64,000 bases of DNA from Eledone cirrhosa. Taxonomy: Eukaryota. The stretch covers positions 247,504,001-247,568,000 of the forward strand of contig OZ024741.1 in the NCBI GenBank assembly GCA_964016885.1, given 5' to 3'. This document shows, one piece after another, positions 12,101 through 26,050 of this stretch. Every line of letters begins with the position of its first letter. The first letter of the stretch is position 1. The position numbers and the translations under genes are program-made. The notes below the pieces were generated by a model. It was not told the origin of the DNA and did not search any database. It saw only the letters and a list, made by a program, of their open reading frames with translations.

Positions 12101-14129
12101 ATTATCACCCCTTGAGTTTTTTTACAAATTATCTCCCCCTGATTTTTTTTACAAATCTCCCAGTGATTTTTTAAAAAAATTATCTCCCCTTCGCTGGCTG
12201 GAAATTATCTCCCCTTGGACGCTGGAAATTATAGCCCCTTGGAGGGCTGGAAATTATCTTCCCTTGGACGGCTGGAAATTATCTCCCCTTGATTTTTTTA
12301 CAAATTATCTCCCCCTGATTTTTTTTACAAATTATCTCCCCCTGATTTTTTTTTACAACTTATCTGCGCCTGATTTTTTTTAAAAAATTATCTCCCCTTG
12401 GACGGCTGGAAATTATCTCCCCTTGGACGGCTGGAAATTATCTCTCCTTGGACGGCTAGAATTTACCTCTCCTTGGACGGCTGAAAATTATCTCCCCTTG
12501 GACGGCTGGAAATTACCTCCCCTTGATTTTTTTTACAAATTATCTCCCCCTGATTTTTTTTTACAAATTATCTCCCCCTGATTTTTTTTTACAAATTATC
12601 TCCCCCTGATTTTTTTTTACAAATTATCTCCCCCTGATTTTTTTTACAAATTATCTCCCCTTGGCTGGCTGGAAATTATCTCCCCTTGGAGGCTGGAACT
12701 TATCTCCCCTTGGACGGCTGGAACTTATCTCCCCTTGGACGGCTAGAAATTACCTCTCCTTGGACGGCTGGAAAATATGTCTCCTTGGACGGCTGGAAAT
12801 TATCTCCCCTTGGACGGCTGGAAATTATCTCCCTTGGACGGCTGGAAATTATCTCCCCTTGGATGGCTAGATATTACCTCCCCTTGGACGGCTGGAAATT
12901 ATCTCCCCTTGATTTTTTTTAGAAATTATCTCCCCCTGATTTTTTTTTACAAATTATCTCCCCCTGATTTTTTATTACAAATTATCTCCCCCTGATTTTT
13001 GTTTACAAATTATCTCCGCCTGATTTTTTTTTTAAAATTATCTCCCCTTGGACGGCTGGAAATTATCTCCCCTTGGACGGCTAGAAATTACCTCTCCTTG
13101 GACGGCTGAAAATTATTTCCACTTGGACGGCTGGAAATTATCTCCCCTTGATTTTTTTACAAATTATCTCCCCCTGATTTTTTTTTACAAATTATCTACC
13201 CCTGATTTTTTTTTACAAATTATCTACCCCTGATTTTTTTTTACAAATTATCTCCCTCTGATTTTTTTTACAAATTATCTCCCTCTGATTTTTTTTTTAC
13301 AAATTATCTCCCCCTGATTTTTTTACAAATTATCTCCCCCTGATTTTTTTTACAAATTATCTCCGCCTGATTTTTTTAAATATTATCTCTCCTTGGCTGG
13401 CGGGAAATTATCTCCCCTTGGACGGCTGGAAATTATCTCCCCTTGGAAGGATGGAAATTATCTCCCCTTGGACGGCTGGAAATTATCTACCCCTGATTTT
13501 TTTTACAAATTATCTCCCCCTGATTTTTTTTACAAATTATCTCCCCCTGATTTTTTTTTACAAATTATCTACCCCTGATTTTTTTTACAAATTATCTCCC
13601 CCTGATTTTTTTTACAAATTATCTCCCCCTGATTTTTTTTTTACAAATTATCTCCCCCTGATTTTTTTACAAATTATCTCCCCCTGATTTTTTTTACAAA
13701 TTATCTCCCCTTGGAGGCTGGAATTTATCTCCCCTTGGACGGCTAGAAATTACCTCTCCTTGGACGGCTGGAAAATATGTCTCCTTGGACGGCTGGATAT
13801 TATCTCCCCTTGGACGGCTGAAAATTATCTCCCCTTGGACGGCTGGAAATTATCTCCCCTTGATTTTTTTTACAAATTATCTCCCCCTGATTTTTTTTTA
13901 CAAATTATCTCCTCCTGATTTTTTTTACAAATTATCTCCCCCTGATTTTTTTTTACAAATTATCTGCCGCTGATTTTTTTTACAAATTATCTCCCCTTGG
14001 AGGCTGGAATTTATCTCCCCTTGGACGGCTAGAAATTACCTCTCCTTGGACGGCTGGAAAATATGTCTCCTTGGACAGCTGGATATTATCTCCCCTTGGA
14101 CGGCTGGAAATTATCTCCCCATGGACGGC

Positions 14130-15750
14130 TGGAAATTATCTCCCCTTGGACGGCTAGAAATTATCTCTCCTTGGACGGCTGAAAATTATCTCCCCTTGGA
14201 CGGCTGCAAATTATCTCCCCTTGATTTTTTTTATAAATTATCTCCCCCTGATTTTTTTTACAAATTATCTCCCCCTGATTTTTTTTACAAATTATCTACC
14301 CCTGATTTTTTTTACAAATTATCTCCCCCTGATTTTTTTTTACAAATTATCTACCTCTGATTTTTTTTTACAAATTATCTCCCCCTGATTTTTTTTTTAC
14401 AAATTATCTTCCCCTGATTTTTTTACAAATTATCTCCCCCTGATTTTTTTTACAATCTCCGCCTGATTTTTTTAAAAATTATCTTCCCTTGGCTGGCGGG
14501 AAATTATCTCCCCTTGGACGGCTGGAAATTATCTCCCCTTGGAAGGATGGAAATTATCTCCCCTTGGACGGCTGGAAATTATCTCCCCTTGCACGGCTGG
14601 AAATTATCTCCCCTTGGCTGGAAATTATCTCCCCTTGGACGGCTAGAAATTATCTCTCTTTGGACGGCTGGAAATTATCACCCCTTGAGTTTTTTACAAA
14701 TTATCTCCCCCTGATTTTTTTTACAAATCTCCCAGTGATTTTTTAAAAAAATTATCTCCCCTTGGACGGCTGGAAATTATCTCCCCTTGGACGGCTGGAA
14801 ATTATCTCGCCTTGGACAGCTAGAATTTACCTCTCCTTGGACGGCTGAAAATTATCTCCCCTTGGGCGGCTGGAAATTATCTCCCCTTGATTGTTTTTAC
14901 AAATTATCTCCCCCTGATTTTTTTTACAAATTATCTCCCCCTGATTTTTTTTTACAAATTATCTGCCGCTGATTTTTTTTACAAATTATCTCCCCTTGGA
15001 GGCTGGAATTTATCTCCCCTTGGACGGCTAGAAATTACCTCTCCTTGGACGGCTGAAAATTATCTCCCCTTGGACGGCTGCAAATTATCTCCCCTTGATT
15101 TTTTTTATAAATTATCTTCCCCTGATTTTTTTTACAAATTATCTCCCCCTGATTTTTTTTACAAATTATCTACCCCTGATTTTTTTTACAAATTATCTCC
15201 CCCTGATTTTTTTTTACAAATTATCTACCTCTGATTTTTTTTTACAAATTATCTCCCCCTGATTTTTTTTTTACAAATTATCTTCCCCTGATTTTTTTAC
15301 AAATTATCTCCCCCTGATTTTTTTTACAATCTCCGCCTGATTTTTTTAAAAATTATCTTCCCTTGGCTGGCGGGAAATTATCTCCCCTTGGACGGCTGGA
15401 AATTATCTCCCCTTGGAAGGATGGAAATTATCTCCCCTTGGACGGCTGGAAATTATCTCCCCTTGCACGGCTGGAAATTATCTCCCCTTGGCTGGAAATT
15501 ATCTCCCCTTGGACGGCTAGAAATTATCTCTCTTTGGACGGCTGGAAATTATCACCCCTTGAGTTTTTTACAATTTATCTCCCCCTGATTTTTTTTACAA
15601 ATCTCCCAGTGATTTTTTAAAAAAATTATCTCCCCTTGGACGGCTGGAAATTATCTCCCCTTGGACGGCTGGAAATTATCTCGCCTTGGACGGCTAGAAT
15701 TTACCTCTCCTTGGACGGCTGAAAATTATCTCCCCTTGGACGGCTGGAAA
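14130..15750 (+). repeat. Tandem duplication with ~874 bp period
   Basis: Pseudo-ORFs 14489/15363 and 14514/15388 are offset by 874. The same pair recurs at 52527/53401. Confidence 0.85.
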
Positions 15751-15799
15751 TTATCTCCCCTTGATTTTTTTTACAAATTATCTCCCTCTGATTTTTTTT

Positions 15800-16620
15800 T
15801 ACAAATTATCTCCCCCTGATTTTTTATTACAAATTATCTCCCCCTGATTTTTGTTTACAAATTATCTCCGCCTGATTTTTTTTAAAAAAATTATCTCCCC
15901 TTGGACGGCTGGAAATTATCTCCCCTTGGACGGCTAGAAATTACCTCTCCTTGGACGGCTGAAAATTATCTCCACTTGGACGGCTGGAAATTATCTCCCC
16001 TTGATTTTTTTACAAATTATCTCCCCCTGATTTTTTTTTACAAATTATCTACCCCTGATTTTTTTTTACAAATTATCTACCCCTGATTTTTTTTTACAAA
16101 TTATCTCCCTCTGATTTTTTTTACAAATTATCTCCCTCTGATTTTTTTTTTACAAATTATCTCCCCCTGATTTTTTTACAAATTATCTCCCCCTGATTTT
16201 TTTTTACAAATTATCTCCCCCTGATTTTTTATTACAAATTATCTCCCCCTGATTTTTGTTTACAAATTATCTCCGCCTGATTTTTTTTTAAAAATTATCT
16301 CCCCTTGGACGGCTGGAAATTATCTCCCCTTGGACGGCTAGAAATTACCTCTCCTTGGACGGCTGAAAATTATCTCCACTTGGACGGCTGGAAATTATCT
16401 CCCCTTGATTTTTTTACAAATTATCTCCCCCTGATTTTTTTTTACAAATTATCTACCCCTGATTTTTTTTTACAAATTATCTACCCCTGATTTTTTTTTA
16501 CAAATTATCTCCCTCTGATTTTTTTTACAAATTATCTCCCTCTGATTTTTTTTTTACAAATTATCTCCCCCTGATTTTTTTACAAATTATCTCCCCCTGA
16601 TTTTTTTTACAAATTATCTC
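15800..16620 (+). repeat. Tandem duplication with ~404 bp period
   Basis: Identical pseudo-ORFs at 15901/16305, carrying the TCTCCACTTGG marker. Recurs at 53938/54342. Confidence 0.88.
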
Positions 16621-18130
16621 CGCCTGATTTTTTTAAATATTATCTCTCCTTGGCTGGCGGGAAATTATCTCCCCTTGGACGGCTGGAAATTATCTCCCCT
16701 TGGAAGGATGGAAATTATCTCCCCTTGGACGGCTGGAAATTATCTCCCTTTGATTTTTTTTACAAATTATCTCCCTCTGATTTTTTTTACAAATCTCCCC
16801 CTGATTTTTTTAAAAAAATTATCTCCCCTTCGCTGGCTGGAAATTATCTCCCCTTGGACACTGGAAATTATAGCCCCTTGGAGGGCTGGAAATTATCTTC
16901 TCTTGGACGGCTGGAAATTATCTCCCCTTGATTTTTTTTACAAATTATCTCCGTCTGATTTTTTTTTTAAATTATCTCTCCTTGGACGGCTGGAAATTAT
17001 CTCCCCTTGATTTTTTAAAAAATTATCTCCCCTTGGAAGGCTGGAAATTATCTCCCCTTGGCTGGAAATTATCTCCCCTTGGACGGCTAGAAATTATCTC
17101 TCTTTGGACGGCTGGAAATTATCACCCCTTGAGTTTTTTTACAAATTATCTCCCCCTGATTTTTTTTACAAATCTCCCAGTGATTTTTTAAAAAAAATTA
17201 TCTCCCCTTCGCTGGCTGGAAATTATCTCCCCTTGGACGCTGGAAATTATAGCCCCTTGGAGGGCTGGAAATTATCTTCCCTTGGACGGCTGGAAATTAT
17301 CTCCCCTTGATTTTTTTTACAAATTATCTCCCCCTGATTTTTTTACAAATTATCTCCCCCTGATTTTTTTTACAATCTCCGCCTGATTTTTTTAAATATT
17401 ATCTCTCCTTGGCTGGCGGGAAATTATCTCCCCTTGGACGGCTGGAAATTATCTCCCCTTGGAAGGATGGAAATTATCTCCCCTTGGACGGCTGGAAATT
17501 ATCTCCCTTTGATTTTTTTTACAAATTATCTCCCTCTGATTTTTTTTACAAATCTCCCCCTGATTTTTTTAAAAAAATTATCTCCCCTTCGCTGGCTGGA
17601 AATTATCTCCCCTTGGACACTGGAAATTATAGCCCCTTGGAGGGCTGGAAATTATCTTCTCTTGGACGGCTGGAAATTATCTCCCCTTGATTTTTTTTAC
17701 AAATTATCTCCGTCTGATTTTTTTTTTAAATTATCTCTCCTTGGACGGCTGGAAATTATCTCCCCTTGATTTTTTAAAAAATTATCTCCCCTTGGAAGGC
17801 TGGAAATTATCTCCCCTTGGCTGGAAATTATCTCCCCTTGGACGGCTAGAAATTATCTCTCTTTGGACGGCTGGAAATTATCACCCCTTGAGTTTTTTTA
17901 CAAATTATCTCCCCCTGATTTTTTTTACAAATCTCCCAGTGATTTTTTAAAAAAAATTATCTCCCCTTCGCTGGCTGGAAATTATCTCCCCTTGGACGCT
18001 GGAAATTATAGCCCCTTGGAGGGCTGGAAATTATCTTCCCTTGGACGGCTGGAAATTATCTCCCCTTGATTTTTTTTACAAATTATCTCCCCCTGATTTT
18101 TTTTACAAATTATCTCCCCCTGATTTTTTT
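16620..18130 (+). repeat. Tandem duplication with ~759 bp period (four ~380-bp CTTCGCTGG cassettes)
   Basis: Pseudo-ORFs 16650/17409, 16928/17687 and 17104/17863 are all offset by 759. Recurs at 54687/55447. Confidence 0.9.
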
Positions 18131-20699
18131 TTACAACTTATCTGCGCCTGATTTTTTTAAAAAAATTATCTCCCCTTGGACGGCTGGAAATTATCTCCCC
18201 TTGGACGGCTGGAAATTATCTCTCCTTGGACGGCTAGAATTTACCTCTCCTTGGACGGCTGAAAATTATCTCCCCTTGGACGGCTGGAAATTACCTCCCC
18301 TTGATTTTTTTTACAAATTATCTCCCCCTGATTTTTTTTTACAAATTATCTCCCCCTGATTTTTTTTTACAAATTATCTCCCCCTGATTTTTTTTTACAA
18401 ATTATCTCCCCCTGATTTTTTTTACAAATTATCTCCCCTTGGCTGGCTGGAAATTATCTCCCCTTGGAGGCTGGAACTTATCTCCCCTTGGACGGCTGGA
18501 ACTTATCTCCCCTTGGACGGCTAGAAATTACCTCTCCTTGGACGGCTGGAAAATATGTCTCCTTGGACGGCTGGAAATTATCTCCCCTTGGACGGCTGGA
18601 AATTATCTCCCTTGGACGGCTGGAAATTATCTCCCCTTGGATGGCTAGATATTACCTCCCCTTGGACGGCTGGAAATTATCTCCCCTTGATTTTTTTTAG
18701 AAATTATCTCCCCCTGATTTTTTTTTACAAATTATCTCCCCCTGATTTTTTATTACAAATTATCTCCCCCTGATTTTTGTTTACAAATTATCTCCGCCTG
18801 ATTTTTTTTTAAAAATTATCTCCCCTTGGACGGCTGGAAATTATCTCCCCTTGGACGGCTAGAAATTACCTCTCCTTGGACGGCTGAAAATTATCTCCAC
18901 TTGGACGGCTGGAAATTATCTCCCCTTGATTTTTTTACAAATTATCTCCCCCTGATTTTTTTTTACAAATTATCTACCCCTGATTTTTTTTTACAAATTA
19001 TCTACCCCTGATTTTTTTTTACAAATTATCTCCCTCTGATTTTTTTTACAAATTATCTCCCTCTGATTTTTTTTTTACAAATTATCTCCCCCTGATTTTT
19101 TTACAAATTATCTCCCCCTGATTTTTTTTACAAATTATCTCCGCCTGATTTTTTTAAATATTATCTCTCCTTGGCTGGCGGGAAATTATCTCCCCTTGGA
19201 CGGCTGGAAATTATCTCCCCTTGGAAGGATGGAAATTATCTCCCCTTGGACGGCTGGAAATTATCTACCCCTGATTTTTTTTACAAATTATCTCCCCCTG
19301 ATTTTTTTTACAAATTATCTCCCCCTGATTTTTTTTTACAAATTATCTACCCCTGATTTTTTTTACAAATTATCTCCCCCTGATTTTTTTTACAAATTAT
19401 CTCCCCCTGATTTTTTTTTTACAAATTATCTCCCCCTGATTTTTTTACAAATTATCTCCCCCTGATTTTTTTTACAAATTATCTCCCCTTGGAGGCTGGA
19501 ATTTATCTCCCCTTGGACGGCTAGAAATTACCTCTCCTTGGACGGCTGGAAAATATGTCTCCTTGGACGGCTGGATATTATCTCCCCTTGGACGGCTGGA
19601 AATTATCTCGCCTTGGACAGCTAGAATTTACCTCTCCTTGGACGGCTGAAAATTATCTCCCCTTGGGCGGCTGGAAATTATCTCCCCTTGATTGTTTTTA
19701 CAAATTATCTCCCCCTGATTTTTTTTACAAATTATCTCCCCCTGATTTTTTTTTACAAATTATCTGCCGCTGATTTTTTTTACAAATTATCTCCCCTTGG
19801 AGGCTGGAATTTATCTCCCCTTGGACGGCTAGAAATTACCTCTCCTTGGACGGCTGAAAATTATCTCCCCTTGGACGGCTGCAAATTATCTCCCCTTGAT
19901 TTTTTTTATAAATTATCTTCCCCTGATTTTTTTTACAAATTATCTCCCCCTGATTTTTTTTACAAATTATCTACCCCTGATTTTTTTTACAAATTATCTC
20001 CCCCTGATTTTTTTTTACAAATTATCTACCTCTGATTTTTTTTTACAAATTATCTCCCCCTGATTTTTTTTTTACAAATTATCTTCCCCTGATTTTTTTA
20101 CAAATTATCTCCCCCTGATTTTTTTTACAATCTCCGCCTGATTTTTTTAAAAATTATCTTCCCTTGGCTGGCGGGAAATTATCTCCCCTTGGACGGCTGG
20201 AAATTATCTCCCCTTGGAAGGATGGAAATTATCTCCCCTTGGACGGCTGGAAATTATCTCCCCTTGCACGGCTGGAAATTATCTCCCCTTGGCTGGAAAT
20301 TATCTCCCCTTGGACGGCTAGAAATTATCTCTCTTTGGACGGCTGGAAATTATCACCCCTTGAGTTTTTTACAATTTATCTCCCCCTGATTTTTTTTACA
20401 AATCTCCCAGTGATTTTTTAAAAAAATTATCTCCCCTTGGACGGCTGGAAATTATCTCCCCTTGGACGGCTGGAAATTATCTCGCCTTGGACGGCTAGAA
20501 TTTACCTCTCCTTGGACGGCTGAAAATTATCTCCCCTTGGACGGCTGGAAATTATCTCCCTCTGATTTTTTTTACAAATCTCCCCCTGATTTTTTTAAAA
20601 AAATTATCTCCCCTTCGCTGGCTGGAAATTATCTCCCCTTGGACACTGGAAATTATAGCCCCTTGGAGGGCTGGAAATTATCTTCTCTTGGACGGCTGG

Positions 20700-23600
20700 A
20701 AATTATCTCCCCTTGATTTTTTTTACAAATTATCTCCCCCTGATTTTTTTTACAAATTATCTCCCCCTGATTTTTTTTACAACTTATCTGCGCCTGATTT
20801 TTTTTAAAAAATTATCTCCCCTTGGACGGCTGGAAATTATCTCCCCTTGGACGGCTGGAAATTATCTCTCCTTGGACGGCTAGAATTTACCTCTCCTTGG
20901 ACGGCTGAAAATTATCTCCCCTTGGACGGCTGGAAATTACCTCCCCTTGATTTTTTTTACAAATTATCTCCCCCTGATTTTTTTTTACAAATTATCTCCC
21001 CCTGATTTTTTTTTACAAATTATCTCCCCCTGATTTTTTTTTACAAATTATCTCCCCCTGATTTTTTTTACAAATTATCTCCCCTTGGCTGGCTGGAAAT
21101 TATCTCCCCTTGGAGGCTGGAACTTATCTCCCCTTGGACGGCTGGAACTTATCTCCCCTTGGACGGCTAGAAATTACCTCTCCTTGGACGGCTGGAAAAT
21201 ATGTCTCCTTGGACGGCTGGAAATTATCTCCCCTTGGACGGCTGGAAATTATCTCCCTTGGACGGCTGGAAATTATCTCCCCTTGGATGGCTAGATATTA
21301 CCTCCCCTTGGACGGCTGGAAATTATCTCCCCTTGATTTTTTTTAGAAATTATCTCCCCCTGATTTTTTTTTACAAATTATCTCCCCCTGATTTTTTATT
21401 ACAAATTATCTCCCCCTGATTTTTGTTTACAAATTATCTCCGCCTGATTTTTTTTTAAAAATTATCTCCCCTTGGACGGCTGGAAATTATCTCCCCTTGG
21501 ACGGCTAGAAATTACCTCTCCTTGGACGGCTGAAAATTATCTCCACTTGGACGGCTGGAAATTATCTCCCCTTGATTTTTTTACAAATTATCTCCCCCTG
21601 ATTTTTTTTTACAAATTATCTACCCCTGATTTTTTTTTACAAATTTTCTACCCCTGATTTTTTTTTACAAATTATCTCCCCCTGATTTTTTTTACAAATT
21701 ATCTCCCTCTGATTTTTTTTTTACAAATTATCTCCCCCTGATTTTTTTACAAATTATCTCCCCCTGATTTTTTTTACAAATTATCTCCGCCTGATTTTTT
21801 TAAATATTATCTCTCCTTGGCTGGCGGGAAATTATCTCCCCTTGGACGGCTGGAAATTATCTCCCCTTGGAAGGATGGAAATTATCTCCCCTTGGACGGC
21901 TGGAAATTATCTCCCCTTGGACGGCTGGAAATTACCTCCCCTTGATTTTTTTACAAATTATCTCCCCCTGATTTTTTTTTACAAATTATCTCCCCCTGAT
22001 TTTTGTTTACAAATTATCTCCCCTTGGACGGCTGGAAATTATCTCCCCTTGGACGGCTAGAAATTACCTCTCCTTGGACGGCTGAAAATTATCTCCCCTT
22101 GGACGGCTGGAAATTATCTCCCCTTGATTTTTTTACAAATTATCTCCCCCTGATTTTTTTTTTACAAATTATCTCACCCTGATTTTTTTTATAAATTATC
22201 TACCCCTGATTTTTTTTTACAAATTATCTCCCCCTGATTTTTTTTACAAATTATCTCCCCCTGATTTTTTTTTTACAAATTATCTCCCCCTGATTTTTTT
22301 ACAAATTATCTCCCCCTGATTTTTTTTACAAATTATCTCCGCCTGATTTTTTTAAATATTATCTCTCCTTGGCTGGCGGGAAATTATCTCCCCTTGGACG
22401 GCTGGAAATTATCTCCCCTTGGAAGGATGGAAATTATCTCCCCTTGGACGGCTGGAAATTATCTACCCCTGATTTTTTTTACAAATTATCTCCCCCTGAT
22501 TTATTTTACAAATTATCTCCCCCTGATTTTTTTTTTAAAAATTATCTCCCCCTGATTTTTTTACAAATTATCTCCCCCTGATTTTTTTTACAAATTATCT
22601 CCGCCTGATTTTTTTAAATATTATCTTACCTTGGCTGGCGGGAAATTATCTCCCCTTGGACGGCTGAAAATTATCTCCCCTTGGACGGCTGGAAATTATC
22701 TCCCCCTGATTTTTTTTACAAATTATCTCCCCCTGATTTTTTTTTTACAAATTATCTCCGCCTGATTTTTTTTAAAAAATTATCTCCCCTTGGACGGCTG
22801 GAAATTATCTCCCCTTGGACGGCTGGAAATTATCTCCCCTTGGACGGCTAGAAATTATCTCTCCTTGGACGGCTGAAAATTATCTCCCCTTGGACGGCTG
22901 CAAATTATCTCCCCTTGATTTTTTTTACAAATTATCTCCCCCTGATTTTTTTTACAAATTATCTCCCCCTGATTTTTTTTACAAATTATCTACCCCTGAT
23001 TTTTTTTACAATTTATCTCCCCCTGATTTTTTTTTACAAATTATCTCCCTCTGATTTTTTTTTACAAATTATCTCCCCCTGATTTTTTTTTTACAAATTA
23101 TCTCCCCCTGATTTTTTTACAAATTATCTCCCCCTGATTTTTTTTACAATCTCCGCCTGATTTTTTTAAAAATTATCTTCCCTTGGCTGGCGGGAAATTA
23201 TCTCCCCTTGGACGGCTGGAAATTATCTCCCCTTGGAAGGATGGAAATTATCTCCCCTTGGACGGCTGGAAATTATCTCCCCTTGCACGGCTGGAAATTA
23301 TCTCCCCTTGGCTGGAAATTATCTCCCCTTGGACGGCTAGAAATTATCTCTCTTTGGACGGCTGGAAATTATCTCCCTTTGATTTTTTTTACAAATTATC
23401 TCCCTCTGATTTTTTTTACAAATCTCCCCCTGATTTTTTAAAAAAAATTATCTCCCCTTCGCTGGCTGGAAATTATCTCCCCTTGGACACTGGAAATTAT
23501 AGCCCCTTGGAGGGCTGGAAATTGTCTTCTCTTGGACGGCTGGAAATTATCTCCCCTTGATTTTTTTTACAAATTATCTCCGCCTGATTTATTTTTTAAA

Positions 23601-26050
23601 TTATCTCTCCTTGGACGGCTGGAAATTACCTCCCCTTGATTTTTTTTACAAATTATCTCCCCCTGATTTTTTTTACAAATTATCTCCCCCTGATTTTTTT
23701 TTACAACTTATCTGCGCCTGATTTTTTTTTAAAAATTATCTCCCCTTGGACGGCTGGAAATTATCTCCCCTTGGACGGCTGGAAATTATCTCTCCTTGGA
23801 CGGCTAGAATTTACCTCTCCTTGGACGGCTGAAAATTATCTCCCCTTGGACGGCTGGAAATTACCTCCCCTTGATTTTTTTTACAAATTATCTCCCCCTG
23901 ATTTTTTTTTACAAATTATCTCCCCCTGATTTTTGTTTACAAATTATCTCCCCTTGGACGGCTGGAAATTATCTCCCCTTGGACCGCTAGAAATTACCTC
24001 TCCTTGGACGGCTGAAAATTATCTCCCCTTGGACGGCTGGAAATTATCTCCCCTTGATTTTTTTACAAATTATCTCCCCCTGATTTTTTTTTTACAAATT
24101 ATCTCACCCTGATTTTTTTTACAAATTATCTACCCCTGATTTTTTTTCACAAATTATCTCCCCCTGATTTTTTTTACAAATTATCTCCCCCTGATTTTTT
24201 TTTACAAATTATCTCCCCCTGATTTTTTTTACAAATTATCTCCGCCTGATTTTTTTAAATATTATCTCTCCTTGGCTGGCGGGAAATTATCTTCCCTTGG
24301 ACGGCTGGAAATTATCTCCCCTTGGAAGGATGGAAATTATCTCCCCTTGGACGGCTGGAAATTATCTACCCCTGATTTTTTTTACAAATTATCTCCCCCT
24401 GATTTATTTTACAAATTATCTCCCCCTGATTTTTTTTTTTTAAATTATCTCCCCCTGATTTTTTTACAAATTATCTCCCCCTGATTTTTTTTACAAATTA
24501 TCTCCGCCTGATTTTTTTAAATATTATCTTACCTTGGCTGGCGGGAAATTATCTCCCCTTGGACGGCTGAAAATTATCTCCCCTTGGACGGCTGGAAATT
24601 ATCTCCCCTTGATTTTTTTTACAAATTATCTCCCCCTGATTTTTTTTTACAAATTATCTCCGCCTGATTTTTAAAAAAAAATTATCTCCCCTTCGCTGGC
24701 TGGAAATTATCTCCCCTTGGACGCTGGAAATTATAGCCCCTTGGACGGCTGGAAATTATCTCCCTTTGGACGGCTGGAAATTATCTCCCCTTGGACGGCT
24801 AGAAATTATCTCTCCTTGGACGGCTGAAAATTATCTCCCCTTGGACGGCTGCAAATTATCTCCCCTTGATTTTTTTTACAAATTATCTCCCCCTGATTTT
24901 TTTTACAAATTATCTCCCCCTGATTTTTTTTACAAATTATCTACCCCTGATTTTTTTTACAAATTATCTCCCCCTGATTTTTTTTTACAAATTATCTCCC
25001 TCTGATTTTTTTTTACAAATTATCTCCCCCTGATTTTTTTTTTACAAATTATCTCCCCCTGATTTTTTTACAAATTATCTCCCCCTGATTTTTTTTACAA
25101 TCTCCGCCTGATTTTTTTAAAAATTATCTTCCCTTGGCTGGCGGGAAATTATCTCCCCTTGGACGGCTGGAAATTATCTCCCCTTGGAAGGATGGAAATT
25201 ATCTCCCCTTGGACGGCTGGAAATTATCTCCCTTTGATTTTTTTTACAAATTATCTCCCTCTGATTTTTTTTACAAATCTCCCCCTGATTTTTTTAAAAA
25301 AATTATCTCCCCTTCGCTGGCTGGAAATTATCTCCCCTTGGACACTGGAAATTATAGCCCCTTGGAGGGCTGGAAATTATCTTCTCTTGGACGGCTGGAA
25401 ATTATCTCCCCTTGATTTTTTTTACAAATTATCTCCGTCTGATTTTTTTTTTAAATTATCTCTCCTTGGACGGCTGGAAATTATCTCCCCTTGATTTTTT
25501 AAAAAATTATCTCCCCTTGGAAGGCTGGAAATTATCTCCCCTTGGCTGGAAATTATCTCCCCTTGGACGGCTAGAAATTATCTCTCTTTGGACGGCTGGA
25601 AATTATCACCCCTTGAGTTTTTTTACAAATTATCTCCCCCTGATTTTTTTTACAAATCTCCCAGTGATTTTTTAAAAAAAATTATCTCCCCTTCGCTGGC
25701 TGGAAATTATCTCCCCTTGGACGCTGGAAATTATAGCCCCTTGGAGGGCTGGAAATTATCTTCCCTTGGACGGCTGGAAATTATCTCCCCTTGATTTTTT
25801 TTACAAATTATCTCCCCCTGATTTTTTTTACAAATTATCTCCCCCTGATTTTTTTTTACAACTTATCTGCGCCTGATTTTTTTTAAAAAATTATCTCCCC
25901 TTGGACGGCTGGAAATTATCTCCCCTTGGACGGCTGGAAATTATCTCTCCTTGGACGGCTAGAATTTACCTCTCCTTGGACGGCTGAAAATTATCTCCCC
26001 TTGGACGGCTGGAAATTACCTCCCCTTGATTTTTTTTACAAATTATCTCC
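20700..26050 (+). repeat. Further copy of the ~5.3-kb HOR, ~19 kb downstream of its counterpart at ~1.6-7.2 kb
   Basis: 2027/21085, 2414/21472, 2784/21842, 3311/22369 and 3757/22815 are all offset by 19058. 5872/24766 and 6240/25134 are offset by 18894. Confidence 0.85.

Larger units (their letters stand above)
1..14130 (+). repeat. Higher-order repeat with ~5.2-5.4 kb period (about 2.6 units)
   Basis: Matching pseudo-ORFs at 630/5872/11265, 998/6240/11633 and 2027/7269/12661 (offsets 5242 and 5392-5393). Confidence 0.92.
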
